Source: Lama glama
Lineage: Eukaryota
Length of the DNA: 64,000 nt
Direction: 5' to 3'
Assembly (NCBI GenBank): GCA_028534125.1
Contig: CM052816.1
Coordinates: 65,226,001-65,290,000 of the forward strand
Position 1 is the first letter of the stretch. Every line of letters starts with the position of its first letter. Made by a program: the position numbers and the translations under genes. The notes beneath the pieces were generated by a model. It had not been told where the DNA came from and made no database searches. It saw only the letters and a list, made by a program, of their open reading frames with translations. Shown in pieces: positions 1 through 13,440 of the stretch.

Positions 1-681
1 ATGCTGATTTATAAAGTCACTTTGTACTTTCATTTTTCATTGAAATATTCTGAATAGAATAAAATAGAATCATTTAAAGTTACATTTAGACAAAGTAGGG
101 TTTCTTGATTAAAAAGGAGAAATTTAAAGTGGCATTTTAAAGAAAAACATTTAAAAAAAATACAGGAATGCACATTCATGCAGTTCTTGCTGGGGAGGGT
201 AGTTTCTTTTCCTTCCATTAGACACACTGCAAAAATTCAATTAGTTTAAAGATTTTGGTTATGAGTGCATCTTAGGAATTGATGGGGGTATTTTTAGATA
301 TTACTTATTTTATATAACATCTGATTTTTATAGGTTTTCTGAGAATTCTTAGTGCATTAGCACACAAGTATTTCTACCCTATAGTCAGTTTTATATTAGT
401 CCAACCTTCATGTACCATTGTCACAGAGATGACTCTTAGTGGTTCTAAGCATCAGTAGTCTGAAGATCTATAGCGTTTAAATATGTAGGTTGAAATTTTA
501 ATGTCTATTAAAGCCTTTCTTTCTTTACTACCCATTTTCTGTTTTGAACCCTGGGTCTGAGGAGACTCTGCTAACTAGAGTGACCACTTGAAAAAAAGGG
601 TGTAATTATTTTTGATAATCAAATCATCAGTTAGGAAACAAGGTGTCTACTCTCTGTTCTGATGATGCTTTATGTCCTAGA

Positions 682-790
682 CCAGGAGTCAGCAAACTTT
701 TTCTGTTACAAGCCTGAGAGTAAACATTTTCCACTTTGTGAGCCAGTTTTTGTCCCAAATACATAGACCTACCATGTGGTGCAAAAGCAA
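682..790. mobile_element. MER58-like hAT-Charlie MITE fragment
   Basis: ccaggagtcagcaaactttttctgtta...gtaaacattttccactttgtgagcc resembles a MER58 terminus. Confidence 0.6.
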
Positions 791-2849
791 AAAGGGTATG
801 TTCTATTCATGATGGATCAGTGATCTATTCATAGACTTTCATTTTGAATGTCTACATTGTATGAGGGGAAAAGACAGGGCCAACTAAAAACTGTATGTGA
901 TGTGATTTCATTGGTATAAAATTTTAAAATGTATAGAGCAAACATTGTTGCAAAAACTTTTGGAAGGTTGCATCCCTTTTCCTGGCCCTCATGAGTAACA
1001 CACCATTTGCAGAAGGGCTCACTGTTTTCTCCAAGCATGACTCATTCCCATATAGAAATAGTCTAGGACAGACGTCAACAAGCTACAGCCCACAGGCCTT
1101 GTCTTTTCCTCTCAGGCCTTATGGATTCAAAGGCAGAGTCTACAGATAGGTCACTGACCCAGGAGTCAACATATAATTTCTGGAGTCCCACCCCTAGTGG
1201 TGCTGGCAGGTTGGGGGAACTTCCCCTGTCTTTTGTTCAGCATTCCCTATATAAAATTGAATGTTTTGTGAAATGATTGCTGAAACTAATTGGACTTTTT
1301 GTGTTTGCAGACCTGTTTCCCTCAGTGAAGCTAACAGGGGTGGTCAGGAATCAGAATTCTAATCTTTTTCTCATTAGCACTGTGCTTGCAATAGTCCACT
1401 CCTGGAAGTCAAGTGCAAATTGAGATAAATTTCTCCTGTGAAATGATGCAATTCACCTGGAATGACCTGCCTTTTGTATACACAACCTGGTGTTGTACAG
1501 AGCACACTTTTTGCTATTGTTGATGTGACTGAGATGATATGAAGAGGTTTTAGGTTGAATTTATTTTAGATAATAATAATTAGATGTTTTACTAGTGTTT
1601 ACTATGAAGGTTTGCAAAATCATTACTGTCTATAAAATTGAAGAAAATAAAAATCATTTAGTACTAAAAATTAACCTTAAAATTGCACATTAGTTGACTG
1701 TACTATGTCGTAGAAAAATATTTGGTCTATATCATACTAGTTAAGAAAAATATGACATTTCATCGTATCTTTATAAATGCTTGATGCCAAATGAGAAAAT
1801 TATATAGCTTTCACCAAATGGCAACTTTTTATCATGTCAAATCTACCTTTGCAAAAATAATACTTTTAAAATGAAAAAAACAGTATGGATGAGTATGAGT
1901 TTGGGGCTTTAATGATTCCCCATTATTTGGCATTTCCAGTTCAAATAATTCACTAGCATTTAGTCATGACTGATAAAGATGTCTTTCAGTTTAAGATCTG
2001 GTGATTTTAAGCCGTTTGTGGGTACATCTATATTTATGCAGAAAACAATGAGATCTATCAAATGTTGAACACATTTAGAAGCATGAATTTAAAACTTTAA
2101 ACCTAACACCACCCTCAATTCTCCAGGCTCTGTCTTTGACCTTCAGATTAAGGACTTCAGACTGTGACAGTTGTTTCTGTTTTCTTCTTAATTACTTATT
2201 GCATTGAAGTTTCAAAATATAATCATTCATATAAAATTTTGAAATAGGATGTTAAACAGGTTCAGTGTTGGAATCATCTGCAACCTTTCCAACAATGTCT
2301 AGAAGAAATCCCTCAATTTATTCATGGCACATATTAAAATTGGATACACAGAAATAAAACAAGCTTTTCCCAAGAATAAAATATGAAGATTAGAAAGGGT
2401 AGAATAATCATGGGAAAGAAGAAGTGAAGTTAAACTAGGTGAAGAAATCCTCCTCCCCGCCAGAAGCCTACCTGATGTGACTGAAATGGCATAGCAGAAA
2501 CTTTTGGATGTGATCACTAAACCTGTGTAATTAATGTACAGAGACAAGACCAAAATGTGCAAAGAAACCAGTGATCCATTCAGTAAGCTTTCCCAGGACG
2601 AAGCATGTGCTCAAAGTGAGGCAAGCGGAAAGAAGTATGTATAGTAACTAGACATCATGAAACAGTACCATATGCCTCCCCAGTGTGCTGTGTTCAGCTT
2701 TTTTGGTGTATTTGCATTTGACTGCTCTTACTTTGTGAGAAAATAATGTGCTGGGGAAAAATTATGTCTCAACGAACAAAATGTCCCTGGTATACTGCAT
2801 TAATCCCTCACATGTCAATTCTCTGTGAATTTATTTGCACATAGAAACA

Positions 2850-3060
2850 TGTATCAGAATACCTTGTGCTTATGTGCCAGGCATTGATGTAAACTCTTTG
2901 CATGCTTTGTCTTATTGAATCTTCGCAATAATTGCAATGATGTGGGCACTATGGCCATGCCCATTTCACAAATGAGGAGACACATAGAAGTAAATAACTT
3001 GCCGAAGTCTGAGGAAATACTTAACAGTGTATTAGAGGTAGGATTGGATAACCCCAATTT
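2850..3060 (-). mobile_element. MIR SINE
   Basis: tatgtgccaggcatt...cccatttcacaaatgaggagacacatag...taacttgccgaagtc is the MIR core in antisense. Confidence 0.8.
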
Positions 3061-3584
3061 TTAGGAAGAGGAGGAAAGTGAATTCCATCCAGTTATATCC
3101 TTAGGGAATAGGATTTCCTTTAGTTCTTTTGCAAAATTTCCTTTAGTACTTTCTCAGAGGACTTCCATGGATTCCTATCTAAAATTACCCATTCCTACCC
3201 TCCAGATTTTCTATTGACTGTCCCTGCTTTACTTTCTTCTGAACACTTGACACTGTCTAATGTTGTATATAATTCACTTATTTATTTTATTTTCTCCTCC
3301 CTGACTCTAGTGAAATTCTACAAAGGCAGGACATGTTGTCTGTCATGACTGCAGTTCTGATATGGAACATAGGCACTCCGTAAATAATTACTGAATGTGT
3401 GAATGAATCAAATGATTGATCTTTGATAAAGGTTTGTAGTGGATCTTTAAAAAAAATTCTTGTGTGCCTTTAAAAAGAAAGTGGTGATCATGTGGAATTT
3501 GTATTAGGTCACTAATAGTGAAACGTATCATATTGAGTTAATATCATTTTTCTGTAGACCCAGTATATCTGAGGAGTGCTATGT

Positions 3585-4390
3585 TCATTGTCGACCTGGA
3601 TTTCAGCAAGCATTTGATAAAATCTTCCTATCTTATGATTAAGATCTTCTTAACTTTTGATTAAGATGTTGAAAGGCAGTTGATGGTACCATTAGACAAA
3701 GTCATAACTAAGTGGCTGTATTCATGCATCAATGTCTGTTTAGAGAGAGGCTTCTAGTAATTGACTAGAGGATTTGGTCGTTTGGTCTCTCCTGTTCATC
3801 ATTTTTGTCATTAATTTTGGTAGTGACATTAAGCATAAGGAGCTAATTTGCAGATGAGACAAAAATGGGAGGAACAGCTAGTACGTTCATTAACAAAATC
3901 AGCATACGAAAATACTTGACAGACGGAAAAAGAGAGGTAAATATAATAAAACTGAAGAAGTGAAAATATAAAAGAAAAGAGGTCCTAATTGATGCTGTTT
4001 GAGAAGCAGTAGGGAGAGAGGTGAGACCTAGTTTAACAGCAACTGGAGATTTAGGTGGTTGGAAATAAGTTTGAATCAATAACTTGATGTGAATCTCCTG
4101 CATCCCAAAATACTCATTCACTCTCAGGTTTTATGGATAGAAGTGGGTCTAAAAAAAAGAAAAAAAGGTAATGATTTGACCCTAGATTTGTGTTGGTTTT
4201 CCCCTACATAGAACTGTGATACCAATTCTGGACAATTTACCTTAAGGAAGACATTGAGAAGTTATATATTGAGACATTGAGACATATATATATATATATA
4301 TATATATATTGAGACATTACTGGTACATATTAAAAATTTGCAATACTATGAAGAGAGAAGTTAAAGCTATATCACATGAAGAACATCTAA
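3585..4390 (+). mobile_element. L3/CR1 LINE reverse-transcriptase remnant
   Basis: Degenerate CR1 RT motifs: ctggatttcagcaagcatttgat (LDFSKAFD-like), tttgcagatgagacaaaaatgggagga (FADDTKLGG-like), and caattctgg...aaggaagacattgagaag (QFW...KKDIEK-like). Confidence 0.7.
4283..4308. repeat. (TA)n microsatellite flanked by repeated ttgagacat units
   Basis: ttgagacattgagacatatatata...tatattgagacatt is visible directly. Confidence 0.9.
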
Positions 4391-5099
4391 AGCAGTAGTT
4401 CCAAACTTGTAGCCTTCAGGTGTGTTTTATGCAGCACACACAGAGGTTTAGAAACTTGAACTAGTATTAGAGGTTTCAAAGTGAATAGATGTTTCAGTAA
4501 AATATAGGTTTCTGGATTTTGCTTGTATGGAAATCAACCACGGAGATGCAGTGAATATCCCTTTGTGCTCTACTCAGCCCACCTGACTCATTTGTTTTAC
4601 ATTCCTGTGTAGTAGTTTGAGTGCTTGGCATCTGAAAGAAAAAACCTGGGGAAATGCATGGCCTGTAAAACAAAATTGGAGGTACAAGAGATACAAATGT
4701 ATCTGCAGAGCTCTCATTGGGCAGAACAATTAAACCTAATCTGTGTGACCTCAGAGAGCTAAACACTGGTGGTAATTATAGGGAAGAAAATTCTCATTCA
4801 TTAATGTAGAATTATTTTCTCACAGTGACCGGAGACTTGCTATGTTTTATTCATCTTTGGTTCATCAGTAGTGGGAAGAATTTCTGACACATACTGGCAC
4901 TCAGTGATGATTACTTATTGAATAAATGAAATACAACAGGTTGTGAGTGATGCATCCCATTCCAGTAGCTGCTAGAATGTGAGCTCTTGGAGAGCTGAGA
5001 TCTTTGTTCATTTTGTTTTCAGCTCTACTGAAGTAGCTAAATCAGCGTAGCCACATGGTAGGTGCTCGTTAAATATTTGCAGATTCCAAGAGTAGGGAT

Positions 5100-5235
5100 A
5101 GTCAAGGGTAGAATCATGGTCTACTTGTCAGTGCTCTAGGAAAAATCAGTTAGCTATCCATGTGGGAGGGTCATGGAATAGGGGAATATTGAACTAGGTG
5201 GAATTTAAAGCCACTTCCAACCCTGAAAGTCTTAT
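5100..5235 (+). mobile_element. L3/MIR3-type 3' terminus
   Basis: ttgaactaggtggaatttaaagccacttccaaccctgaaagtct resembles the L3 end (ttggactagatgacctctaaggtcccttccaactct...). Confidence 0.55.
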
Positions 5236-6309
5236 CAGGCAAGTGACATGAAATGAGATTATGTATTTTACACCAAATATTAAACATAGTAAAAGTAAAG
5301 TACGATGTGTATGATAACAAACTTGAGAGGCAGAGCATTGAGCCAATTATTTATTTATGGCAAGGACAAGGAAATGATTTACTGGATATTTTAATTGAAA
5401 TAACCAAATATTTAAGATTTTTCTAATATTTGAATATATTTTATATCTATCTTGATGTCTGTGTTTATTTTAATTTTCAGCCGTTAATCATTCCTCTGTG
5501 ATGAAAATACATTTTTATCCCCTCATATTTGTACTCTAACTTATAAAACCCATGTTGCCTTGAGGTTTGGAGTGATTTGTTATTTTATCCTTCAAGGAAG
5601 CCAATAATAAATCAAACCACTGGGAACTGATTTCAATTTTCATTGTTCGGGGTAGTTACTGAAGGTAATGCTCTGAAAAATTGTCTTATAACTAACCTAG
5701 AAAATAATATTTGGAGGCCAGAATGTGACAAAGGAACAGAATTAAGTAACTAGATTTTAAATGCTTGTTGTAAAAATTCTGTGTACCTTTTATTGTGAAG
5801 CTCTAGCAATTTTAATATTCTCAAAATCAAGGAAAAGGAGAAATTGCTTTATAACCTTGAAGGAAAGAAAAATCTAAAGCCCTGATTTAGAGTGCCAGGG
5901 ATGAATGTATTTAGAATGCAGTCCTGAGGAGGGGTGCAGGCTGTCTACAAAAAGCAATAGCTTATTAAATTCTGGGAAACTTTCAGTTTATTTGAAGGGG
6001 ATATGGTAATTGATTTTTTGCTAAATGATATTGGTAAGGGATCACATTTTCCTTTGAGTATTTAGCTTCAGGACAAAGAAAAGCAACACAATTGTTTAAA
6101 GGTTAGTGGATATATAGTGGTGGGATTAGATCTATGAATCATTATTTTTATAGCACAGATAGTGAACAATGAAGAAATTCTTGTCAAAGAGTGATATGCA
6201 AAATCTTAGAATCCTACATTATTGTCATTATCATCATCGTCATCATAATGTGTTGAAAGTACACAGCTACTATCTCTGAGGAATACTTAGCACTTTATAA
6301 ATTGGCTTT

Positions 6310-6781
6310 TAAAAAAATCTTACTGAGTTATAGTCAGTTTACAATGTTGTGTCAATTTCTGGTGTAGAGCACAATTTTTCAATCATACATGAATACACAT
6401 CATTCATTTTCACATTCTTTTTCATCATGAGCTACCACAAGATCTTGTATATATTTCCCTGTGCTACACAGTATAAACTTGTTCATCTATTTTATATATA
6501 CCTGTCAGTATTTACAAATTTTGAACTCCCAGTCTGTGCCCACTCCCCTTCCCCGCTGACAACCACAAGTTAGTATTCTATGTCTATGAGTCTGTTTCTG
6601 TTTTATATTTAAGTTCATTTGTCTTCTTCTTCTTCCTTTTTTTTTTTTAGATTCCACGTATGAATGATATCATATGGTATTTTTCTTCCTGTTTCTGGCT
6701 TACTTCACTTAGAATGACATTCTCCAGGGACATCCATGTTGCTGCAAATGGCATTATGTTGTCGGTTTTTATGGCTGAATA
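6310..6781 (-). mobile_element. 5'-truncated lineage-specific L1 (3'UTR plus ORF2 C-terminus) with TSD
   Basis: Antisense L1 3' end (tatagtcagtttacaatgttgtgtc...ttagattccac...cttacttcacttagaatgac...gttgctgcaaatggc). TSD tataaattgg(c)tttt at ~6296-6310 and ~6782-6795. Confidence 0.9.
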
Positions 6782-6989
6782 TATAAATTGGTTTTAATTA
6801 GTTTTTACAGCTTCCTCATAGGGTATGGTGAACAGATAGCTTTAACCCTAATTTCAGATGCAGCCTTAGGTAAAATAGTGATAAAAGCACTATTTTATTT
6901 CAATGACTTTTCTGCTTGCTCAGACCCCTCCTCTTTGCACAGCACAGTATCTTATTTCTCCTTTATTGATTTAAGGAGAAAATACTTGA

Positions 6990-7590
6990 GATTTTATATT
7001 TTAAAAATGTAAAATGGAAAATTTCAAACATGTGCTAAGGTAGAGAGAATAGTATAATACACCCTAAGCACTCATCAGCAAGCTTCAATAATTCTCAATA
7101 CACAGAGAATTCTTATTTCATCTGTATCCCCACCTACATTTCCCTTTACTAGGATTGTTTTGAAGCAAATCCAACACATAGTATTACTTCATATATAGGT
7201 ATTTTAGTATGTGTCTGAAAGTAGGCTTTAAAAAAAATAACTCAGTATCATTAAAACATCTGCAAGTCTTCCTGACAATTTCTTAATATCAAATTTCCTT
7301 GATTTTTAAAATATTTTTTAAGTTTTTTTTGAAATGAGTTCCAAACAAGGTTAATAGACTGAAACTATTGTGTCTTAATTCTCATTTAGACTATAAATTT
7401 CTCCCTCCCCGCCGCCCCTGCAGTTTTTTGTAGACAAAACTAGGTCATGTAGGGCATAGAGTTTCTCACCAATTGGATTTTGCTGACTGCATCCCTGTGG
7501 TGCCGTTCAACAGTCACCTGTCCCTTGAATTTTCTGAAATCAGTAGTTAAATCGAAGGCTTGATGAATGCCTTACATATCATTATTTTGG
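6990..7590 (-). mobile_element. Old L1MC-like 3' fragment
   Basis: aatttcaaaca...gtagagagaatagtataat...gaagcaaatcc...ttttagtatgtgtct is typical of L1MC4/5 in antisense. Confidence 0.65.
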
Positions 7591-8859
7591 GAGAATAAAT
7601 ATATTGTGAAATGTAGTTTTTCTCAAATTTTTATTTACTAAAGATATGAAATACTAACTGTAATTATTTTTGGTGCTTTTGTTGTTTTACCACATCTAAT
7701 TCTTTCTTCATAGCCTCAGTCTCTTCCCCTTAGACTTCGTACGTTTGTGTCCCTTCCTATGCCTCCTATTTCTACCTCTCTTTCTTTGAAACTTTTGCTT
7801 CCTATTCACCTTCATGTTTCTTGCTAGTATTGTGGGTGGAAGGAGGTGAGGAAGTCAGGATACAAAGGATAGTGTTGGGGTGGTAAGTCAGGGAAGTGGT
7901 CACATCTTCTGTCAGAATGCAGTAATATTCACTAGTCAGTTCTTTGGCTTCAAGTTGTAGGTTATATATAATTAGATTTGAATGTGGATAATTTAGATAA
8001 CCCTAAGAGAACAACCTAAAGATAATCATTATGATATATTTCCATCTAGTCTCTTAGTAGTGTATGTGTGTGTGTGTTACAAATTTTGAGAACATGCTGT
8101 ATATATCTATTAGCTCCTGTTTTTCCATTTGACAGAAGGCTGTCTAATTTTCTTCAATAAATTCTTTTCAGCAGGTAAGTAAGTATTTATTATACAGATA
8201 TATTTCTAAGGTCATTTTGTTTGGCTGGACAATTTTTGGTTGTCCCAAAGTTTTCACCTTTAATCGTGTTACAAGTAATATTCTTATTCAAGTGTGGAAC
8301 TGCATTGCTGACAACCATCTTAGGTTAATTTCCAGAGAAGTGGTATTCCAAGGTAAGGGACATGAATGATGTTTAAGGCTCTTAATGTACACTGCAAAGT
8401 GACTTTCCAGAAAGTTCTCTTCATCTTTTATTTCTCTAGTTGGTCATGTAAGCTCTTAATTAATCATAGCATTACTATCATTAAAAAAAAGTTTTGAACA
8501 TAACTGTGTCAAAAATGGGAACGTAGTAATTTCATGGGAATTTATTATTACTAGAAGTATGACCTACTTTTTTTCCTGTGAATTGTTGTTTATGTTCTAA
8601 GCTAGTTTTTTCCATTGGGAGAATAGTGGTTTCCTTACTAACTTGTAAAAGAGCATTAAGGATATTGATCATTTGACATACCAGGTGCTAATTATTTTTC
8701 AATTCATAATTTACTTGAAGTGTTGTTTATTTTTATAAATGAAAATTTCCAATATTTAAAAACTTATTTCATTTGTGATTTCTTCTGTTGTTATGGTTTT
8801 GTACACTTCCCCATCCCAAGGTCAATTAAATGTTTACTGACATTTCATTTTTATGGCTT

Positions 8860-9798
8860 ACTTTTTGTGTTAAAATACACATAACATAAACACCATCTTA
8901 ATGGTAATTTTTAACTGTACAGTAATGTTAACTACATGCACATTGTCGTGCAGCAGGTCTTTAGAGCATTTTTATCTTGCAAAGCTGAAACTCTGCACCC
9001 ATTGAACAACAAATCCCCTTCTTCCTTCTCCCTAATCTCTGGCAATCACCACTGTACTCCCTGTTTCTCATAGTATGACTACTTAAGATAACTCTTAAAA
9101 GTGAAATCATTCAGTATTTGACATTTTATGACTGATTTATTTCACTTAGTATATAATATCCTCAAGGTTCATCCATGTAACACTTGACAAGATATTTTTT
9201 TAAAGGCTGTAAAGTATTCTATTGTATATGTAAATCATATTTTCTGTATCTGTTAACCTGTTATGGACATTTTGTTTGCTTTCTCTTCTTGGCTATTGTT
9301 AGTAGTGCTGCTCTGGACATCAGCATGCAAATAACTCCTTGAGATCTTGTTTTCAGTTCTTTTGGATACGTACCAAGAAGTGTGGTTGCTAGGTCATAAG
9401 ACAGTTCTGTTTATAATTTTTCAGGAAATCCCATAATATTTTCCAAAGCAGTTATACCATTTTACAATCTCACCAACAGTTCACTAGTGCTCCAATTTCT
9501 CCACATCCTTGCCAACACTTGTCATTTTGTCTTTTTGATAGTAGCCATTCTAATGTATGCGAGGTAACATCTCATTGCGGGTTTGATTTGAATTTTTTCC
9601 AATGATTAGCGATGTTGAGTATCTTTTCATATAGTTATTGGCCATTTGTTTATCATCTCTGGAGGAATGTCTATTCAAGTCCTTTGCCTGCTTTTTAACT
9701 GAGTTATTTGATATTTTGTTGTTGAGTTTTAGGTATTCTTTATATATTCTAGATATTAACCCTTTATCAGATATAATACTTGCACATATTTTCTCATT
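8860..9798 (-). mobile_element. L1MA/L1MB-like 3' end and ORF2 C-terminal fragment
   Basis: Antisense L1 hallmarks: atttcacttagtata...aggttcatccatg, ccacatccttgccaacacttg, ttggccatttgtttatcatctctggaggaatgtctattcaagtcctttgcc. Confidence 0.85.
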
Positions 9799-9799
9799 T

Positions 9800-11840
9800 T
9801 ACTTTGTGCATCTTCTACTGCTTTACTTTGTGCATTTTCTTTGTGGTTACCATAGGGATTACATAAGACATCTTACAGTTATAACAGAATCTATCTTCAG
9901 TCATATACATAAATGCTACTTATTTACATCCCCCTTACAGACACTTTATGTTATCAATTTTATAGATTACATATTTTTATATTTTGTGTACAGTAACAGT
10001 TTTATAGTTATTATTTTCTTCTGCTTTTATCTTCTAAATTGTACACCAGAATTTAAATTGATTTGTGAACCACAGAATTCTGTATTTGTCTAAATATTTA
10101 CCTTTACCAGAAAGCTTTATATTTTCATATGATTTTGTGTTGCTGTCTAGTGTCCTTTTGTTTCACTTTGAAGGACTCCCTTTAGCAATTCTTGTAAGGC
10201 AGGTCTAGTAGTGATGAACTCCCTCAAGCTTTTTTTTAATCTGAGAAGGTCTTTATAGCGTCTTTATTTTGGAGGACAATTTTGCGAAATATAATATTCT
10301 TATTTGGCAGGATTTTTCTTTCAACATTTTGAGTATATCATCCCACTCTCTTCTAGCTTGCAATGTTTCTGCTGAGAAATTCACTGACAATCTTATGGGA
10401 GCTCCCTTCTCGTGATGAGTCTCTTTTCTCTTGCTGCTTTCAAGATATTCTTTGTGTTTGACTTTTCACAGTTTGATTATAATAGACTTCTTCGAGTTTA
10501 ACTTAGTTTGAGCCCTTTTTTGTTCTTGAATTTGGATCTCCATTTCCTTCCTTAGAACTAGGAAGTTTTCAGCCATTATTTCTTCAAATAGCTCTCTGCC
10601 CCTTTCTCTCTTTCTTCTCTTTCTGGGACTCCCATATTGTATATATTAGTCTATTTTATGATATTCCATAGTTGCTTAGAGTTTCTTCAATTTTTAAAAT
10701 TCTTTTTTTTATTTTTGTTCCTGTAATAGAATAATTTGAAATGGCCTGCCTTTGAATTTGCTGATTCTTTCTTCTGCTTAAGTCTATGTTGAATCCCTTC
10801 AGTGATTTTTTTTTTAACTCAGTTATTACATTCTTCCAAAATTTCTGTTTGGTGCTTTTTTTTTTTTAATAGTTTCTGTCTCTTTGTTGATATTCTCATT
10901 TTGCTCATACACCATTTTCCTAATTTAATTTATTTGTCCAGCTGTGTTCTCTTACAGTACAATGAACTCGTTTAAGACTATTATTTCAAATTTCTTTAGG
11001 TTGTTCATAGATCTCTATTTCTTTAGGGTCAATTTCTGGAAATTTATTTTGCTCTTTCAAGAGCCCATGTTTCCCTGTGTCTTTGTGTGCTTTATGTTTT
11101 GCTGTTATTTGTGCACCTGAAAAAACAATTACCTCTCTCAGTCTTTATAGATTGGCTTTGTAAACAGGAAGAAGACCTTCACCAGCTGGCATGGCTAGAA
11201 ATTCTAGGGGCCTCTTGAACCTTTTCTGATGATGCATCTTCTCTGGACTTGGGCATGTAATTTCTCGATTAGTGAAGTTTCCCAGTTTCTTTTTCAGGAG
11301 CTTATATTCTCTTGTTCCCACTGGTGTCTGTCTGCAGTACTGAAGGTTCTCTAGCACTGCTGAGCTCTTTTTTGTTCTAACTGACCCCCACACATCCCAA
11401 GTATTCTGGTTCTCCATCTCTGCTCCAAGTCAGGTGTGACAAAAACTAGTTCCTTGGGCTGTTCCCCCCACCACACACACAAAAGGTGTAACACTGAATG
11501 TACATCCCACTTTTCTCTTTCCCTCCCCTCTACAAAACAAACAAACAAACAAACAAACAAACAAACATACAAACATGAGTTGGGCTTTTTCTCCCATTTG
11601 CACCAAGCTGTGCTGTCTTGGGAGATGCGCTATCACATTTGAGATGAAATGGCTTTTTTTTTTACCCATTTCAACATGGCTGGTTTTGGCTTTGAGCTTA
11701 CCTGGTTATTGCAACTTCTTAACTTATTTCTGGAGTCCTTATAAAAGCTCTTTGTACTTCATATTTTTTTTAAGTTGGTATCTCTCTTGGGGAATGAAGT
11801 CTGGAGCTTCCTGTTCCATGGTCTTGCTGATGTTACTGTA
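9800..11840 (-). mobile_element. L1M ORF1 and 5' region remnant
   Basis: tttagcaattcttgtaaggcaggtctagtagtgatgaactccctc, gtttctgctgagaaattcactg and ggaagttttcagccattatttcttcaaata are typical antisense L1M ORF1 segments. Confidence 0.75.
11533..11565. repeat. (AAAC)n microsatellite
   Basis: Visible directly in the sequence. Confidence 0.95.
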
Positions 11841-11989
11841 TGGCTTATCTTTTTATATTTAGTATTTTTAATAGTTAACATTTTTATTCCCTCTTACATG
11901 GTCTACATAGCCACTTTCCCCAATACTTACATTATTGGTCCTCCCCCATTAGTATTTCCTTTAGCACATATTAAGTTCTTAGGATATTG

Positions 11990-12045
11990 TGCTGTACACC
12001 AGATATTGACATATTGTAACTGACTATACTTTAATTAAAAAAAAT
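11990..12045 (+). mobile_element. Very short L1 3'-terminal fragment with A-tail
   Basis: gctgtacaccagatattgacatattgtaactgactatactttaattaaaaaaaa is the sense form of the L1 terminus that also appears (antisense) at ~6320-6370 and (sense) at ~39797-39850. Confidence 0.7.
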
Positions 12046-12380
12046 TTAGGGGGATAAAAGAGAAATATTTAAGAAAATTCTGTGTTGTTTCATTGATCTT
12101 TCTGTGATTATTTGCAATTACCAAACTGTTTTTGTTATGTAGTTTGATAATATAATTTACATGTAGTAGGGAAAGACCATCCTCATATTTTTTATTTTAA
12201 AAATATTCTTTTTATTGTAATCTCTTTTTTTCTTTTAGTTGAAGTCCTCTTCAATACTCTCAAAAGAAAAAAAAATGAGTTTTTTTTTTTTTTGCAATAG
12301 TATTAAGCCTAGAAAATAATTGCAAGGAATATCAAGCTTGATTACATAAGTCTTGGGAAATTTATTTAGATCTCTTAATA

Positions 12381-12870
12381 CAGGCAAACTTCATTTTATT
12401 GTGCTTTGCTTTATTGAACTTCTCAGATGTTACTTTTTTTTGTTTTTTGTTTTTTTTTCACAAATTGAAAGTTTGTGGCAACTCTGCATTGAGTAATTCT
12501 ATAGGTACTGTTTTTCCAACAGCATTTGCTCACTTCATGACTCTGGGTCACATTTCATTAATTCTTGCAGTATTTCAAACTTTTGAATTATTAGTTATAC
12601 TTGTTATAGTGATCTGTAATCAGTTACCTTTGATGTTACTGCTATAACTTGCTGAAGGCTCAGATATTTTAGCAATGAAGTATTTTTAAATTAAGATATG
12701 TACATTTTTTACACATAATACTATTGCGTATTTAATAGACTACAGTATAGTATAAGCATAACTTTTATATGCACCGGGAAGCTGAAAATTCATGTGATTC
12801 ACTTTATTGCAGTATTCACTTTATTGTGGTGGCCTGGAGCTGAACCCAAAATATCTCCAATGTATGCCTA
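12381..12870 (+). mobile_element. Internally deleted Tigger1 (Tigger1a_Art-like) TcMar DNA transposon
   Basis: TA|caggcaaacttcattttattgtgctttgctttattg...ctgaacccaaaatatctccaatgtatgccta|TA. Both Tigger1 termini are present with TA target duplications over ~490 bp. Confidence 0.88.
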
Positions 12871-13199
12871 TATAAGTTCCACTTGTCTCTTTTTAAGCCG
12901 ATTCCTAAACTTTTTTTTTAATAAATGAGATTTTTTCCCATTATAGTTTTAACAGTAGCTCTTTGCTTTTATAAAGGAAAATCTTTTGCATATTTTACTT
13001 TATAACTGAACAAATGTACTTGACCTTTCTTTCTATAAGTACTTTTCAGTTGATTTTTTTGGTTTCCCACATTAAACCAGGTTTTAATCAAATAATTATA
13101 ACAGTTTCTTCATCTTTTTCATAGTTTTGTGTCTCTTATTTCTCTTTCCTTTATTACTGAATTGGCCAGAAGTTTTTGAAAAATGTGGGCAATGTTGCA

Positions 13200-13440
13200 T
13201 TTGTGTTAAAACCAAGAGCTTTGGTGTCAGATAAACCTAGTCTGAAAACCTGGCTTTACCATTTACTAATAGTGTCACTCTAATCACCCTAAAGTGGGAG
13301 TTAAGTGGCAAACTAACCTCTCTCAGCCTCATTTTCCAAATCTGTAAAATGGGAATAATAACAGTCCTTTGTGCACTTTTTTTTTATGAGGATCAAGTAG
13401 CTACCCATATAGAACAGGTAATACAATAAATATCATTAAT
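13200..13440 (+). mobile_element. MIR SINE
   Basis: agagctttggtgtcagataaacctag...aacctctctcagcctcattttccaaatctgtaaaatgggaataataacag. Confidence 0.8.

Noticed and set aside
9638..10093. 151-aa hydrophobic ORF (similar ones at 18081, 34197, 47168)
   Set aside because: These are antisense translations of L1, which typically give F/L/I-rich pseudo-membrane peptides.
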